From: Perna viridis
Lineage: Eukaryota
Length of the DNA: 64,000 nt
NCBI GenBank assembly: GCA_037379345.1
Contig: CM074517.1
Location: 13,702,001-13,766,000, forward strand
Direction: 5' to 3'
The translations under genes and the position numbers were made by a program. Of the stretch, positions 36,651 to 49,760 are shown piece by piece (the first letter of the stretch is position 1; every line of letters starts with the position of its first letter). Below the pieces are notes generated by a model. The model made no database searches. It was not told the origin of the DNA and saw only the letters and a program-made list of their open reading frames with translations.

Positions 36651-36720
36651 TTCTGTTACTTCCGTCTGTCAGATTCAGTCAAAGTTTACTTCATGGCGGA
36701 TTATGATTATGAGAGGCCGC
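36651..36720 (-). promoter_or_regulatory. Dynamin 5'UTR / proximal promoter
   Basis: ETS-like CGGAAGT, YY1-like CCGCCAT, and an ACTTTGACT motif shared with the V-ATPase G upstream region. Confidence 0.4.
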
Positions 36721-37189
36721 TTATAACATTGTTACTTATTCAAAATCAAAACAAAACTTAAATGACAGTTAAAATTAGTGCTGCTATATTCATTGTTGTT
36801 TATGAGTAATCATAGCTTAAATTACCAACCAATTTTGGTACTTCACAATGATTATTTTGGAAAACTACGGATATGTATCATTTATATTTTAATAACTTAG
36901 GGGAGGTAACTCTATTACACTACCTCCCCCCAAAAAGAATCATGTCCTTATGAATCACCACCCTTTGTGATAAATAAATTAAAAATATTCATTACGGAAA
37001 CATATCGCGATTCATGTTGGTGTACTGTTTATTTTTATCTATTTGAAAAGTTACTTTTAAAAGTGTAAGATCTTTATTTTGGATTTACACTTTTCAGTTA
37101 AAGCAATTTTAATTTAAAACAATTTAAATAAACTGAATACTAGTAAAGTTTACATCATTATGTACAATGGTTTACCATTTCCTATTTCT

Positions 37190-37260
37190 AAGTGCTGACG
37201 CTCCGGTATGTCACAGCGGTGCGAGTTCGAGTCTCGCGGAAGGAACGACCAATCTATATC
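37190..37260 (+). mobile_element. tRNA-derived SINE head remnant
   Basis: B-box-like gagttcgagtc in local CpG-rich context; no cloverleaf. Confidence 0.35.
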
Positions 37261-39132
37261 CATTTGATACCCGTACTGCAATTCAGTTCCCGTTTTTTAG
37301 TAGACAGTTTTTTGTTTGTTTATTGTTGTTTGTTTTTTTTAACTCAAAACGCTTGGACCACTAAATTTAATGACATTTTGATTTTTTTATTTCATTTGAT
37401 CTTGGCAAAGAGGATTTTTATAGCAGTCTAGACTACTATTTAAAAAATCTTTTTAATTTTGATTTTTTTATGATTTATCAAACCCTACACTGAGAAATAA
37501 ATTATATGGGCTTATAGAAAGCACTTTGTCCGTCGCGACCTGTTTGTCTGCTCATGTTATCGGTTAAAAGTCTTCTGGCAAGTATTAATAAGTTATTTGA
37601 CAGCTTCCATTCCTAAATAATATCCTATGTTATATTTAATCACAATCAAAACTGAGAGCTGTTATTCAGGGTCGGACATCTGTAGGCGTAACCAACTGCG
37701 ACCCGTGTTTAAAGGCATGATTTGTTTTATAACATTCGTGTTGTAGGTCTTATGATATTTACCATATCGTGTATAACGCTGTTGGAAATTTTGAGGGAAT
37801 TCGCAACTTAAAGATGGTCCACGAAACCAAGTTTGCAATCATGGCTTCTACAATTTAAGCCAGTATCCTATTGATAAGGAAGCACACCCCCCCCCCCCCG
37901 AAGCTCCGCGGAGATAGCGTTTTAGAGCATCATTTATGCCTCTCCTGAATGTATTTTATCTAAAAAAAATTGGCAAAATTAAGTGCAGGCAAAAGCTTTT
38001 TTGCCTAACGGCAGCTACGCGCCTGTTAATAAATCGGAGAGTAGACAAGAAGCTAGAGCACTGGCTGTTTCTGTACCTTAGAAATCCAAAAGCAATCACT
38101 CTTTCAAATATGTAACAGAAGTAATCGTGGTTGTAATTTCCAGTCACTCAGATCTTTATTTTAAGAAATTTTAATACCTCCGAATTCATATGCTGTGTAA
38201 AAAGATAGGACGATGACAAATGAAGTTTAATATTATCGAAATGCTTTATTGTTTATTAAATAACTTTTACTTACATATTTTAAAAGCTTGTATTTAACCT
38301 GCATTGATAATTGAAAATTAAAAGTATTGTTTTGAGCGGAATTATGTGATGAAAAATCTAAAATGACAAGACGAATTGTTTTCTTTTTCTTGATAAGTGC
38401 TGTTTTGGTATTATATGTATTTAAAACTTGTGTTATGTCTGTATTTATTCTTTACCATGGTCGAAAAACTTACATAATGTTGCTTTGTAGTTGATGGTAT
38501 TTTTAAATTAATAAAAGCTCCAAAGGACGAACTTTCCTGGCATAAAAATAATGCCAAAAGGGAAGCGGACATGGAAACAAATAAATAGCAAATGCCTTCT
38601 AAAGGGACAGAACTAGGATTTCGGGTTAGATGGTGTGAAATTGGATGTAAACACAAGAAAAAAAAATGGGATAAATTTCGGAAAAATCAAGATTCATGCA
38701 AAAACAATATTCCAACATTTAGGGGGTATGGCGAGTTCACCCTATCAGTCCTCGTCTGTTCTAAATGGTGAATACCACTAACTTGACATATTATGATAGC
38801 TTGTATTTAATACAAAAAGGGGTGCCAACCCCCTGCATCCCTTCTGGATCCTTATATTTGAAATCTACGATTTTTTTTTATTTCTGTTAAACTTTAGTAT
38901 ATATACTTAAAACTCGAATGCCTACATTTTCACAATTAAACAGTTTAAATATTTATGAGATCAGAATATTGACAGGTCTTGACTTTTTCAAGGGGAAATG
39001 TAATCACAGTCGATTCAAATGGATAAGAATTGACGACTCCACGGACCAATGGACCTATCAAACCGTCCCTATAACTTAAGTTTTTGGAATTTCATTCCTA
39101 CAAAATTATACCCCAACCACAGACCCCCCGTT

Positions 39133-39209
39133 TCAGACAGAGCCTCGCCCTTCCCAAATACTACAACACAGACTGTATGGCAGTACTTATGGGGCGAGGC
39201 TCTGTCTGA
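39133..39209. repeat. Small hairpin element with a perfect 18-bp stem
   Basis: tcagacagagcctcgccc (39133-39150) / gggcgaggctctgtctga (39192-39209). Confidence 0.85.
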
Positions 39210-39929
39210 TAAGAGGGCCTGTGACTCCAACATCCAGATGGCACCAAACCAGAAAGTAGCTATACAACCACATTTTTTTGCAGTCGTATGAAAGGGGATA
39301 CTTTACATTAATACCTCTATGTTTCAATATTTGGTACTCAGTATTAGTCTACTTAATTAAATAAAAAGTTTAGCAGAGTACAGCATGATACGACTGCATC
39401 TAGACTTGCTACAAGTCCCTCCCTACATATTAAAGAATATATAAAAAAAAGTTTATTGGCTGCATGTATCCCTCTGATAACAAATCTACCAATTATTGCG
39501 GGAGAGAAAGCAATTAATAGTGGTGTTATCAGAGAGGTTAATAACACAGAATTTCTGTTTCATATTTATAATAAAGATGGACTTGTAACAAGTCTAGACT
39601 GCGAAATTTAGAACTATGTTCGCTTAGATGAAGTGTGGACACTACCAGTATTGGTTCTTTGTGTCTTTTCATGTGTAAAATTAACAGAAAATGGCAAATA
39701 ATGTCTTAGCACCCTTTTGTTCTGAGGGACCTCGGCTGGCATCCCCGCTTTTCAAAGTGTCTGGATCCGGTCCTGTTTAAGCACAGGGACCTGCTCCCAC
39801 CATCAAATATGCAGCCCGACTATATAAATTTGTGTTGAAATACTAGTAGGGCTGCATGATAGATAGTTGGAACAAGTCCTTGTGTACCTTTTATACTTAT
39901 TAGTCGACATCATTACGAATGGTCCGTTT

Positions 39930-40300
39930 TCAACGAATAAATTTCCTTGGCCGTTTCCGCCTATTTTTAAAGAGTAAAACACGGAAACGTAAAATTTTAC
40001 ATTTATACAAATCGAAAGGGAACTTACTTCAATAGATATGAACAATTCACCAAAATTTCATATAAGTTAGTGAAAGTGTTTTTGAGTTATTATGCGAAAA
40101 CTTGAAAATCTCCTTTTTTAAGTACAAAAATTCATAACACGAAAACGATAAATCTGAAATTTATAAAAATCGAAAAGGAGCTTATGTCAATAGATATGTA
40201 CAATTCACCAAAGTTTCATAAACGTTGGTGAAAGTGTTTTTGAGTTATTGTCGACGGACGGACGGACAACGGTATACCCGTCTTAGAGGGGCGTATAAAA
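39930..40300. mobile_element. HINE-like element with two ~160-bp units and (gacg)n
   Basis: Repeated caattcaccaaa..ttcata..gtgaaagtgtttttgagttatt; gacggacggacggac; terminal tatacccgtcttagaggggcgtata hairpin. Confidence 0.65.
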
Positions 40301-40656
40301 AACCATAAGAGATATCTGAAATCTTTGGTGTAACCCAATTTCTTACTCCTTCAACTCCAAAGCGGTTTAAGATAAGTCTATACTGTAACATACTACAGTA
40401 TTAAAGATAGAACTTCAAAAGGGACACATTGACATCTAAATCATCAAAATTACAAAAAAAATTAAAACATACTCAATTATTGTCAATAAACAAAAGGTAA
40501 TAGAAGCCAACAACACTGACACAGACAATGATAGGGTGATTCCATCATAAGACCAAACAAATTATTTTACAGTCGTATAAAAACATTTTTATTTTTTACC
40601 TTAGTTAATTCAAAATTACGAACATGTTGAAATGAATCAAAACTACAAGAAACTGC

Positions 40657-40792
40657 TTCAACTACTACTCAGTGTACCAGTAATTGTTGTTCAACTACTA
40701 CTCAGTGTACCAGTAATTGTTGTTCAACTACTACTCAGTGTACCAGTAATTGTTGTTCAACTACTACTCAGTGTACTAGTAATTGTTGTTCA
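40657..40792. repeat. 33-bp minisatellite x4
   Basis: Unit ttcaactactactcagtgtaccagtaattgttg. Confidence 0.95.
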
Positions 40793-42384
40793 TACAAAAG
40801 AGTCTTTTGTCTGTTTATCTATATTCTATTGAATGTTTTCTGGTTTACTGATTTTTAACTGCTGGATAAATTAATTTCAATATTAGAAGTAAAACAATTC
40901 TTTTGCAATGAAACAAGGCAGCTGATGCTAGACCTTTATTGTTAATCTGTACATTTTTCTTTTGATCTTGTTGACAGATATTTTTCTTCCTCTTATACAT
41001 GACCAGATATTCAAAAATATCTGTCAAAACATTGTCGGTGATTGTGACGTCATTAGCCTTCTTTAGAGTTCTGAATGATTATGAAGTTATGCACCAACAG
41101 TTTGTAGTTGCACTACTAGATTTTTTGCTTAAAGTACATTAAAAATTATCAAATGTGTTTATGTGCTCATCAAGATATTTCACATGATATTTTCAGTATC
41201 AAAATCAAAAGTAACTATTATTCTATATTTCTCCCCCCAACTCATAAATACTTCATAAATGTATCTGTGTAATGCATTTATTGGAATGCTATACATACAT
41301 ACATAACAAAAAAGACAGCTTTTATATCTGTTCACTTTATGATATAATACAGATGAGTTTCATGTTGTATTGGGCAAACATGTATACACTTTCTTTCGAA
41401 AGTATAATTATGAACATACTGAAAGTGTTGGTATATAAAGATTCGAAGGTTGTTCAAATACTGTGTCATTTATCAGAAAAAAAAGTTTACATCACCAGAT
41501 TAAAAAAGTCAAAAAACAATTCAGAAGAATCTTGGAGGTTCTTAATATACTTCAACAGATCCACGATACTTTTGCATGTGCATGGAATGTCAAATGAAAC
41601 AGATGTGTGAATTGAAAACAAACTTGTTATTTTTAACACAACAAATTTACTACTATAAATTACCACGATAATATAGATTTAGATTAACTATGAGCCAGAC
41701 TCCCTTTTCATGTGCATTATTGCACATTCAAACATTTTTTTATAATGTAACCACTGCTTTTATACAATGACAACTATGTAGCTTGCTTTTGTTTTGGCTT
41801 AACTTTTCTTACATAGAAATGGAAGATTACATACTGAAGCACAAAGAAAGAATGACTAGATTATTATACATAATTTGTAATAATATATATATCTCAATAC
41901 AATCAAACCATTCTCTAGAAGTCATCTTGATTTGAAGCTTTTACAATATTTATATTAGTGTATATGACACCCAAGTTGAAAGTTGCAAATCATTTGGAAT
42001 ATACCAGGAAATGACATAAACTCTTTTAAAGCTGGTCTTGTCAGCCTAGTAGATACAAGTAGCAAATTTACATGGTCCAAAATAGTGTGAGCCATTAAGA
42101 GTTGAAAATTAAGTTGAAATTTGGGTTGTCATTTGGATCACAGTATTGCTTAATATCCCAGTCTACAGGAAAACTTTAGATGTCAAACCCTGTATATTCC
42201 AATCTGAATATACTGCAAGTACTAATGTAATATTTTACTCATAACTGAATATATATATATCTACATACAAACACTACATTATGTGCCTGCACACACTACT
42301 CAGCTGTAATCATCCTGCTGACTCTCATTCTTACAACAATGATAAATTAATTTTCTACTAAATACCGGTATTCTTAGACATTTA

Positions 42385-45045
42385 TTATTGTGCTACTACA
42401 TAATTTTTGTGTAATTCTGGCTGGATGTCAACAACAAAGTCTATTAAGTTTTTAATGGCTACTTCTTTGTTCCTTCGTACATTATCTTCAACTTCTTTTA
42501 ATTTTCTCTTCGTCTCAATATCAATTTGAGACTCCATGTCACTTCTAGATCCTAAGATCTGTAACAGAAATTTAGATTCTATTACAATATTTTACATTTT
42601 ATAAATATACTCATGCATCTAATGTTACAAAAGGAATATAAATATCAATCTACATAACTAATTATACTAATACAACATGTACAGCAGGAAAATATGTCTC
42701 ATATTTTGTGCATCTTATATTACATTTTTATACTAATATACTTGCAAATGTATATTATAATGTAACTTAAAATATATGTAATTTACAATCGTTGATTAAT
42801 ATAACACCAATTATTGTTGAATTTTAAGGATTAACCTTTTAATGATATGCACAGCATCCAATACTGTGCATATCATTAAAATACACCTGTCTTGTGGGAT
42901 ATTCCAATTTATTCATACAGTGTACTGTTTTTTAAAATATCTTGTACTACTTCATTTAAGAATTGAATGTTTCATCTTTTTCACTTCATTGGTATTTTAA
43001 AGTATTGACCATAGCACATTTTCAATGAAGCATGTTATTTATATTTGAAAATGAGAAACTAGTCAGTGCTTTTACAAGCCAATGAAATATCAAATATGAA
43101 ACATTCAATTCTAATACTTACATGTACATTTGACATGTTCCTCTTATTTGTATTGCATCTGTATCAAAGTGTTCATGATGGCAAATACTGTTTCATTTAT
43201 TTTAATTTTATTTTTAGAAATGCAAACGCAATTATCAACAAGCTTTGGGTGTTGCCCATATAAATAGCTTGAAAGGTGTTTCATTGAGTATTCAAACATC
43301 ATTTTTATCAATAGTTTAATGAGCAGCACTTTAATACTCACTTACTTACACCATTTATTCATTATGAGCTCTGATCATCAATCATTTCTATGCAAGATGA
43401 GACTTACAGATTTTTCATATTTTTTGTACTGGTCCTCTCTCTGTTTTCTGTAACCATCTATTTCTGCTTGAGCTTCTTCTTTTGCCTGCTTCAGTCTCTT
43501 AGCTTTCCCTGCAAATAACAAATAATGCATCAAATTGATATCAGAGGAAGGAAATTCAGCAAGTCTGATGCAAAGGACTACAAAATTGACATTATGGACT
43601 GAAGATAAAAATATACACTCCCTGAAACTAGACATTTACATTCATTGTACAACCTCCCAAATATAGAAGTCTTGAAGAAAAAACTTTTTAATTGCAGAGC
43701 AATACTACCAGTAAGCATACTTATTAACTTTCTGTATCCAATAGCTATTTATTGTAATATATAAATGCAAATTCATTTTGTTTATACATACAATTGTATT
43801 AGCAAAGATAACATTAATAACAGTAATCTGCTTAAATAAATTTACTACTGCTTTGATATTGTTTCAAATTTCTTTACATACATGTAAGTTGCATTCTTTT
43901 TAGATGGATTCATATGCTAAGTTTGTCATCTTCCCTTTGCAAACCCTAGCTGGATCACTAAGACAATTCCTTTGTATATATGGAACAACCAGTAATTTGT
44001 TTAAAAACAATTGCAAATCAGTCCATGTTAATGTTCATGAACAGTGAAGTACGATAGACACTACTGTACGTAAGTACTACCAAAAATATCTCCCTTTGCT
44101 TTCTATGCAAAATTGATCCATTAAAAAAAAATTGGGCATTATTGGAACATTAGATAACCCTTGCCATGTAATTGTCAAAAAGGGGGATGGAATAATGTTC
44201 AAAATGGCCTTACTTGAAAACTTCATATTGGAATATGAGGAGTTATTATTTTTCATGACCAGTTTTGAAATTTACCAATGATTTAAACTGAAAAAACAGA
44301 ACAGAACAGAATGGAGCAGAAACGATTTTTAAAACCGGAATCTAACAGAATATTTCAAAATTCCGCTGAAAAATTATGTCCGCTACCCTTCTGTTCCAAA
44401 AGTAACAAGCTCCACCTACTCTCTATTACGGTTCAAAATGTCAACAAAACAGGGTCTCTCGTGGAAAATGATCAAAACTTCAAGAAATAATGTAATTTTT
44501 GTAGCAAATTTGATATCAGCATACAGGAAAATGATTCCAGAATCGAACTAGATAGGTGTGACATGCACAATTTCAACTTGAACGTCGTTACAGGCGGTTG
44601 AAGGGCGGTACTCTGTGGTACCACTAAATCTCCAACTTTTTGTATGGCACATCGTTCTGATCCCAACCCGACGTATCAATAATATCCAAATAAAAAAGAG
44701 GAGGGTTGCAGGGTCAGAGGAAATTCGGACAACCTGTAAACATTTAAGAGAATAAATTTTACAAACACAGCAAGTGTATGAGTGAACTAGGAAGTCTGAC
44801 ATGAGGAGCTCGAAATATTTGGTAGATTCATCTTTTACACGGGTGAATATAACTAAGAAACTGTGAACTGTCAACTTTGAACATTTTTCACTTTTCAGAA
44901 GGAAGATCAACCCAAGAAACTTTTACCATGGGTCACAAACCTTACAGTCAGTTGTAACCTTACTTTTTCTAGCATCCGACACCTTTTCAGCTGCCATCTT
45001 TTCAGCTTTTAAGAGCTGTTGTATTCCAGTAGATTGACTAGCCAT
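42385..45045 (-). CDS. ATP6V1G: V-type proton ATPase subunit G (118 aa)
   Basis: Exons 45045-44964 (MASQSTGIQQLLKAEKMAAEKVSDARK), 43508-43408 (RKAKRLKQAKEEAQAEIDGYRKQRE..), 42558-42385 (ILGSRSDMESQI..DIQPELHKNYVVAQ*); 82+101+174 nt, canonical GT-AG. Confidence 0.97.
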
Positions 45046-45689
45046 GATCGCCGTAATCTTATGACAGGAAGTGGTGAGTCAAAGTGATTTGCAGAATGGA
45101 TTCAGTACATTTTCTAAATTAAAAGTTAATCCCGGATAAAATAATTCCGGTTTTTGTTTTTGTCTTGTGTACTCTAGGTGTCCTAGTCCTATATTGCTTG
45201 AGAAGTTTTTCTTCAGGAAGATCTTGTTATCAATTTAATAGATAAAACATCCTATGAAAAATCCAATGATAGAAATCCTTTTCAGGTCCAAATTTCAAAT
45301 GTTATGTATTTTGCTTTGGACGTGACATAAAAATCAGATTAGAAAATAAAAAAAATTCCATCATCCTGAGTCTGCTCAGGACTTACGACGTATAGGAGGC
45401 TGGAATTCCGTTTCTCCACATCCGAACGATGGCACCAAATTAGAAAAAGCTCGCCAGACAACCTCTATAGCTTTGTTGGAGTTCTCAGACTTGACCAGTG
45501 GCTACTTATAGCGATAATTACACTGATCCAGCGAAATGCAAGGATACCACTGTAATGTCGTATTGGGAACTAAACGCATTGTTTTGGCTATCAAATCTTA
45601 TCTTTAACTTGCCTGGTTATAATCAATATGTATTGGCCTAGGCCAATTTGACATATCGGACTAGTTGGTCATTAAAGGTATGGTATCAT

Positions 45690-47119
45690 TTATTTATTGA
45701 TATCAGTAACTTATTTATTGATTGAATAAATGAATTATTGATATTAAGGATTAATTATTGATATTAATGATTAAATATTGATATCAATAAATCGTATTTA
45801 TTGCTATCAATAAATATGACATGTTTATTCACACATTAATAAATAAATATTGATATCAATAACTGTTTTATCAACATGTTTATAAATATTTACAAACATG
45901 TTGACAATTCGTTAATATGACTTCTCCATATCGTCAAACAGTATATGTCGGTACAACCCGCCTTTAGCACCTGCGCACTGTCTTTTCTTTCGCTGTCGAT
46001 TCGAGACAAAACATTCATTTATTTGCTTTTGTTACTTTGTATGTATGATTTTAGTTACATTATGTTCTTCGTTGTGTATGTCTGCTTTCCATGTCTGGTC
46101 TTTGTCCCTGGATTGCATTCTTTTGATTACCGCTAGAACCTTGGTTCCCTTGATTACTCTTTAAAAACGTTAACGTGATGATTTGACGGCTGAGAGGTTA
46201 TCTAATTGAAATCAATTATATTAGTCAAGGAGTTAAATATAGATCCTTGTATAAATACACACATTTAACACATACGGTGACATATTATATACAAATTTAA
46301 TCCAACTTCCAACGGGGTTGGTTAAACGGAACAGCCGTTATTTTGGCTACGCCTAGGGAAATTTTTCACAAAAATTACCGCATTTGTCATATTACAAAAG
46401 AAATAATTTCTAACGGGGGTAGCTTTGTACTCATTTTAACATGGGTATGGCATTTATATTCGATTATTTAACACCGAGCGACAGCGAGGTGTTTAATGAG
46501 AATATAAATGACCAAACCCATGTTAAAAGGAGTATAAATCAACCCCCGGAAAAAATTATTTCTTAAATAGATGGCAAGTCGTTGTGAGTTTATAACCTAT
46601 TTATTAATATCAATAAATCATTAATTGATATCAACAACTAAATTATTGATGTTAAGGATTAATTATTGATATCTATAATTGGTATTTATTGATATAAATA
46701 AATATAACACATTATTCACATGTTAATGAATAAATGTTGATATCAATAAATGATTTATCATCACTTTGATAAATATTTATCAACTTGTTACTAATTCATC
46801 CATGTATTGATATCAATAAATCATTTATGCACTTGTTGATAACTATTTATAATCATGTTATCAAATGTTTATTGATATCAATATACTATAGATTGCATTG
46901 CACCAGGGCACTGCAGGGGCTTGCTCCATTCCTACTAACAAATATGCAGTCCCACTAGTGTTATAGCTAGGTTATATAGCAGTAGGGCTGCATATTTGGC
47001 AGTGGGAGCAAGCCCATGTGCACCGTGCACCAGGGACACTGATAAATAAATACGAACCGTATTACGATTATTCATGATTCAGTGCACCAAGGACTTTAAT
47101 ATATATATTTAACTCCTTG
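45690..47119. mobile_element. Nested cluster of non-autonomous elements between the divergent V-ATPase G and Ro60-like genes
   Basis: tattgatatcaataa-rich repeats (45690-45910, 46595-46885); PLE 3' fragment 46016-46160; TIR pair caaggagttaaatata (46226) / tatatttaactccttg (47119); fold-backs at 46398-46564 and 46915-47015. Confidence 0.7.
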
Positions 47120-47349
47120 AGCATATTTTGTAAATTGATAGTGCTGTGACTTTTTATTATAAACATCTAGGCCTACGTTGCATGTCTGGGTAGTGTAAAT
47201 GGTTATCCTTTATGTTGTTCTGTACAGCGAAGTATTTCCTTTTTTCTCTTTTTTTTTTTTGTACATAGTAATGAAAGACTACTCAGTTCTATTCGACCTT
47301 TCACTCTTTTTGAAAGTAGCCAAAACCCGATCTTCTTCTGCAAAATGTT

Positions 47350-47480
47350 TCACCCAATAAAATAACAACACAAAAATTGATGACGTAGTTCACGTCAATA
47401 AAGGGTTTGTCTGGCCTGACTGTGGAGATCCTCACATTCTTGGAATATTTTACTTGCTCCTGCTGCTGCATCTGAGGTTA
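47350..47480 (+). promoter_or_regulatory. Candidate promoter / non-coding first exon of the Ro60-like gene
   Basis: CCAAT at 47354; inverted CRE half-sites TGACGT..ACGTCA at 47381-47397. The ATG at 49761 directly follows an acceptor, implying an upstream non-coding exon. Confidence 0.3.
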
Positions 47481-48321
47481 TTATTGCAATAAGTACTTGT
47501 TCGACTTCTAAGCATGATAACACACGTCGCTATATGTCTATTAAATAAATTGCATGTTTAAATTAGGTGAAAATGAATATTATATGAAGCAGGTATTGAA
47601 ATGCAGGGTCTAGATTGCTGGAAACTTTATAGCTATTTGTATTTATTCATATGTGTTAGGCAGAAGAGATGGAAATCTGTGTAGGCTTAAATCTGTTACT
47701 CAATTACAACGACATATCTGGATCTGATTGGGATGTTTACAACATTTGCATCACGAAGATAATGTATGCTATTGCCAAAATTTATTATTCCCGTATTTCA
47801 AATTTCAGCATTAACGTTTTCTTACACCATCTGTTCTCTTTTGGTCTTTTTTTAGATGACACATAAATGACAAAAACACATGTAAATAACGATTTTTATG
47901 CATTTGCTACATATATATTTAAATGTATTCAAATTTTTAAACTAAATCACTAATTATTTTTTATTTACTATTATGTCTAATAATTCTGGTAATTATGTTA
48001 TGTTTTTTTGCAGGGGTAAAAATTAGGAAATACAAGCTGGTAGCCTAGACCATATTTTTGCTTATAATTTTCTATATGTTCAATTAAATTTTACCCAAAA
48101 GTTCGGTAGCCAATCTAATTCTAAATGCCATGGGCTACTGATTGACTGATAATTTTTATTCCTGTTTTGTAAATAAAAGTGTGTGACATTGAGTGTTCAC
48201 CCAGGAATCGTATTTTTAATGTACATGTGCCTGAAAATTAAGATTAAGAAATTTACAATGTAGCCTAAAAGTGAAGTACTGTGTACGTTTCAGATCAGTT
48301 TGACATCACATACATTTGTAA

Positions 48322-48437
48322 AGTCTGAATTTCCTCTGACCCTGCAATCCTCCTCTTTTTTATTTGGATATTGATATGTCGGGTTCAGTATCCAATTAAA
48401 AAAGAGGAGGGTTGCAGGATCAGAGGAAATTCGCACT
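48322..48437. mobile_element. Fold-back MITE with a 9-bp flanking duplication; one-armed copy at about 44663-44730
   Basis: gaatttcctctgaccctgcaatcctcctctttttt / aaaaaagaggagggttgcaggatcagaggaaattc; acatttgta on both sides. Confidence 0.8.
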
Positions 48438-49760
48438 AACATTTGTACATTGCAAATTTATTCACTATTTTATTTGTCCATAGCATGTGCTCTAGTCTAT
48501 AGTTTTGCTTTTACACAAATTCTTTGAAAATGAAAACCAGAAGAAATAATATTTTTTGACATTGTTCTTACACTATTATTATGCAAGATAATGCACAATT
48601 AAAGTAAGTTACCATTATTTAGTTTAAATCATGAAATTAATTAAGTTAAATATTTTTGAAAAATGGAAGCCTGAAACTTGTACATGTACATGTATCTACT
48701 TGTACCATTTTCTGTACAGTACATGGTCTTGCACAGTGCTTATACACATATTGAAGATGTACACCTAGTTCCTATTATGGAGAAATTTTATTTTTTTTTT
48801 TAACATGATTTTTAGCATGTTGAAATAAGCCATTTTTTCGACAGTATATGCTGTCGTAAGTACATTACTTAAGGAAATTTGTAAGTGTGCACCACACTGT
48901 AGTTTTTTAACTTTCTTAGTGTTTATATACACATTTACATGTAAGATACTTATACATGTGTGTATATGCTGACAAATAAATGACTGTGTCACAGGTCCAG
49001 ACAAGTACTGTAAATGTGTAATTTTCCCTATATTCAGAATCCGAGAAAGTAGCAACCCATCAATGTGTGCCTTTAAGAGTGGGAGTGGTAGAAAGGTGGG
49101 GGAGGGGGGCTATAAACACATCTCTTTTAGTTCTGTAATTATTCAATAAGTTGCCAATACATAACTAATATGTTTACAGTGTGCGTTTTGCTATTGAATT
49201 ACATTGTCACTTGTTGTTAGTTGTTACTATCTCTTTCCTTTGCTGTTTGTTGTCCTTCGCCTTTTGAGTTACTGGTTTATCTACACACTATTTGTGCATG
49301 TAGGGTTTAATTTTGGATATCACTTTTACTGTGGTTATTTGAATAAAAATTTAATTTTATTTTGCTAATACAGGCTTCACATTGTCAACAGATTTTGACT
49401 TACCTATTTTCCCCCTAAAAATTTCATAGAAAACAACTTCAAAAACATCTTATTAACCACCTGAACTTTGTGGAAACTGAAAATTGACTACCATCTGTAA
49501 AATATTGGGTCATTTGGTGGTACTTTATGTTGTTTGTTAACCTAAAAATAAGTCAGTGGGATGGTCAAGGTATGAGTTGGTTGGGTAACAGGAAACAGAG
49601 GTATAATTTTATTTGGCCTTACTGTCTAGCATTAACTGAAGTTGTATTTTTAGTTTTTCACAACACTTATGATGGAGGGTCATATCTCCAATACAATTTA
49701 ACTTACATCTGTCATGTTTGTATGGGAAAAAATGGAACTTTCTAATTATTTTATAAATAG

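Noticed and set aside
45034-45043. ttgactagcc, identical to a Y RNA 3' stem motif, near a Ro60-like gene
   Set aside because: It is simply the antisense of the first V-ATPase G codons (ATG GCT AGT CAA). There is no GGCTGGTCCG-like 5' half or poly-T terminator, and I found no Y RNA in the window.
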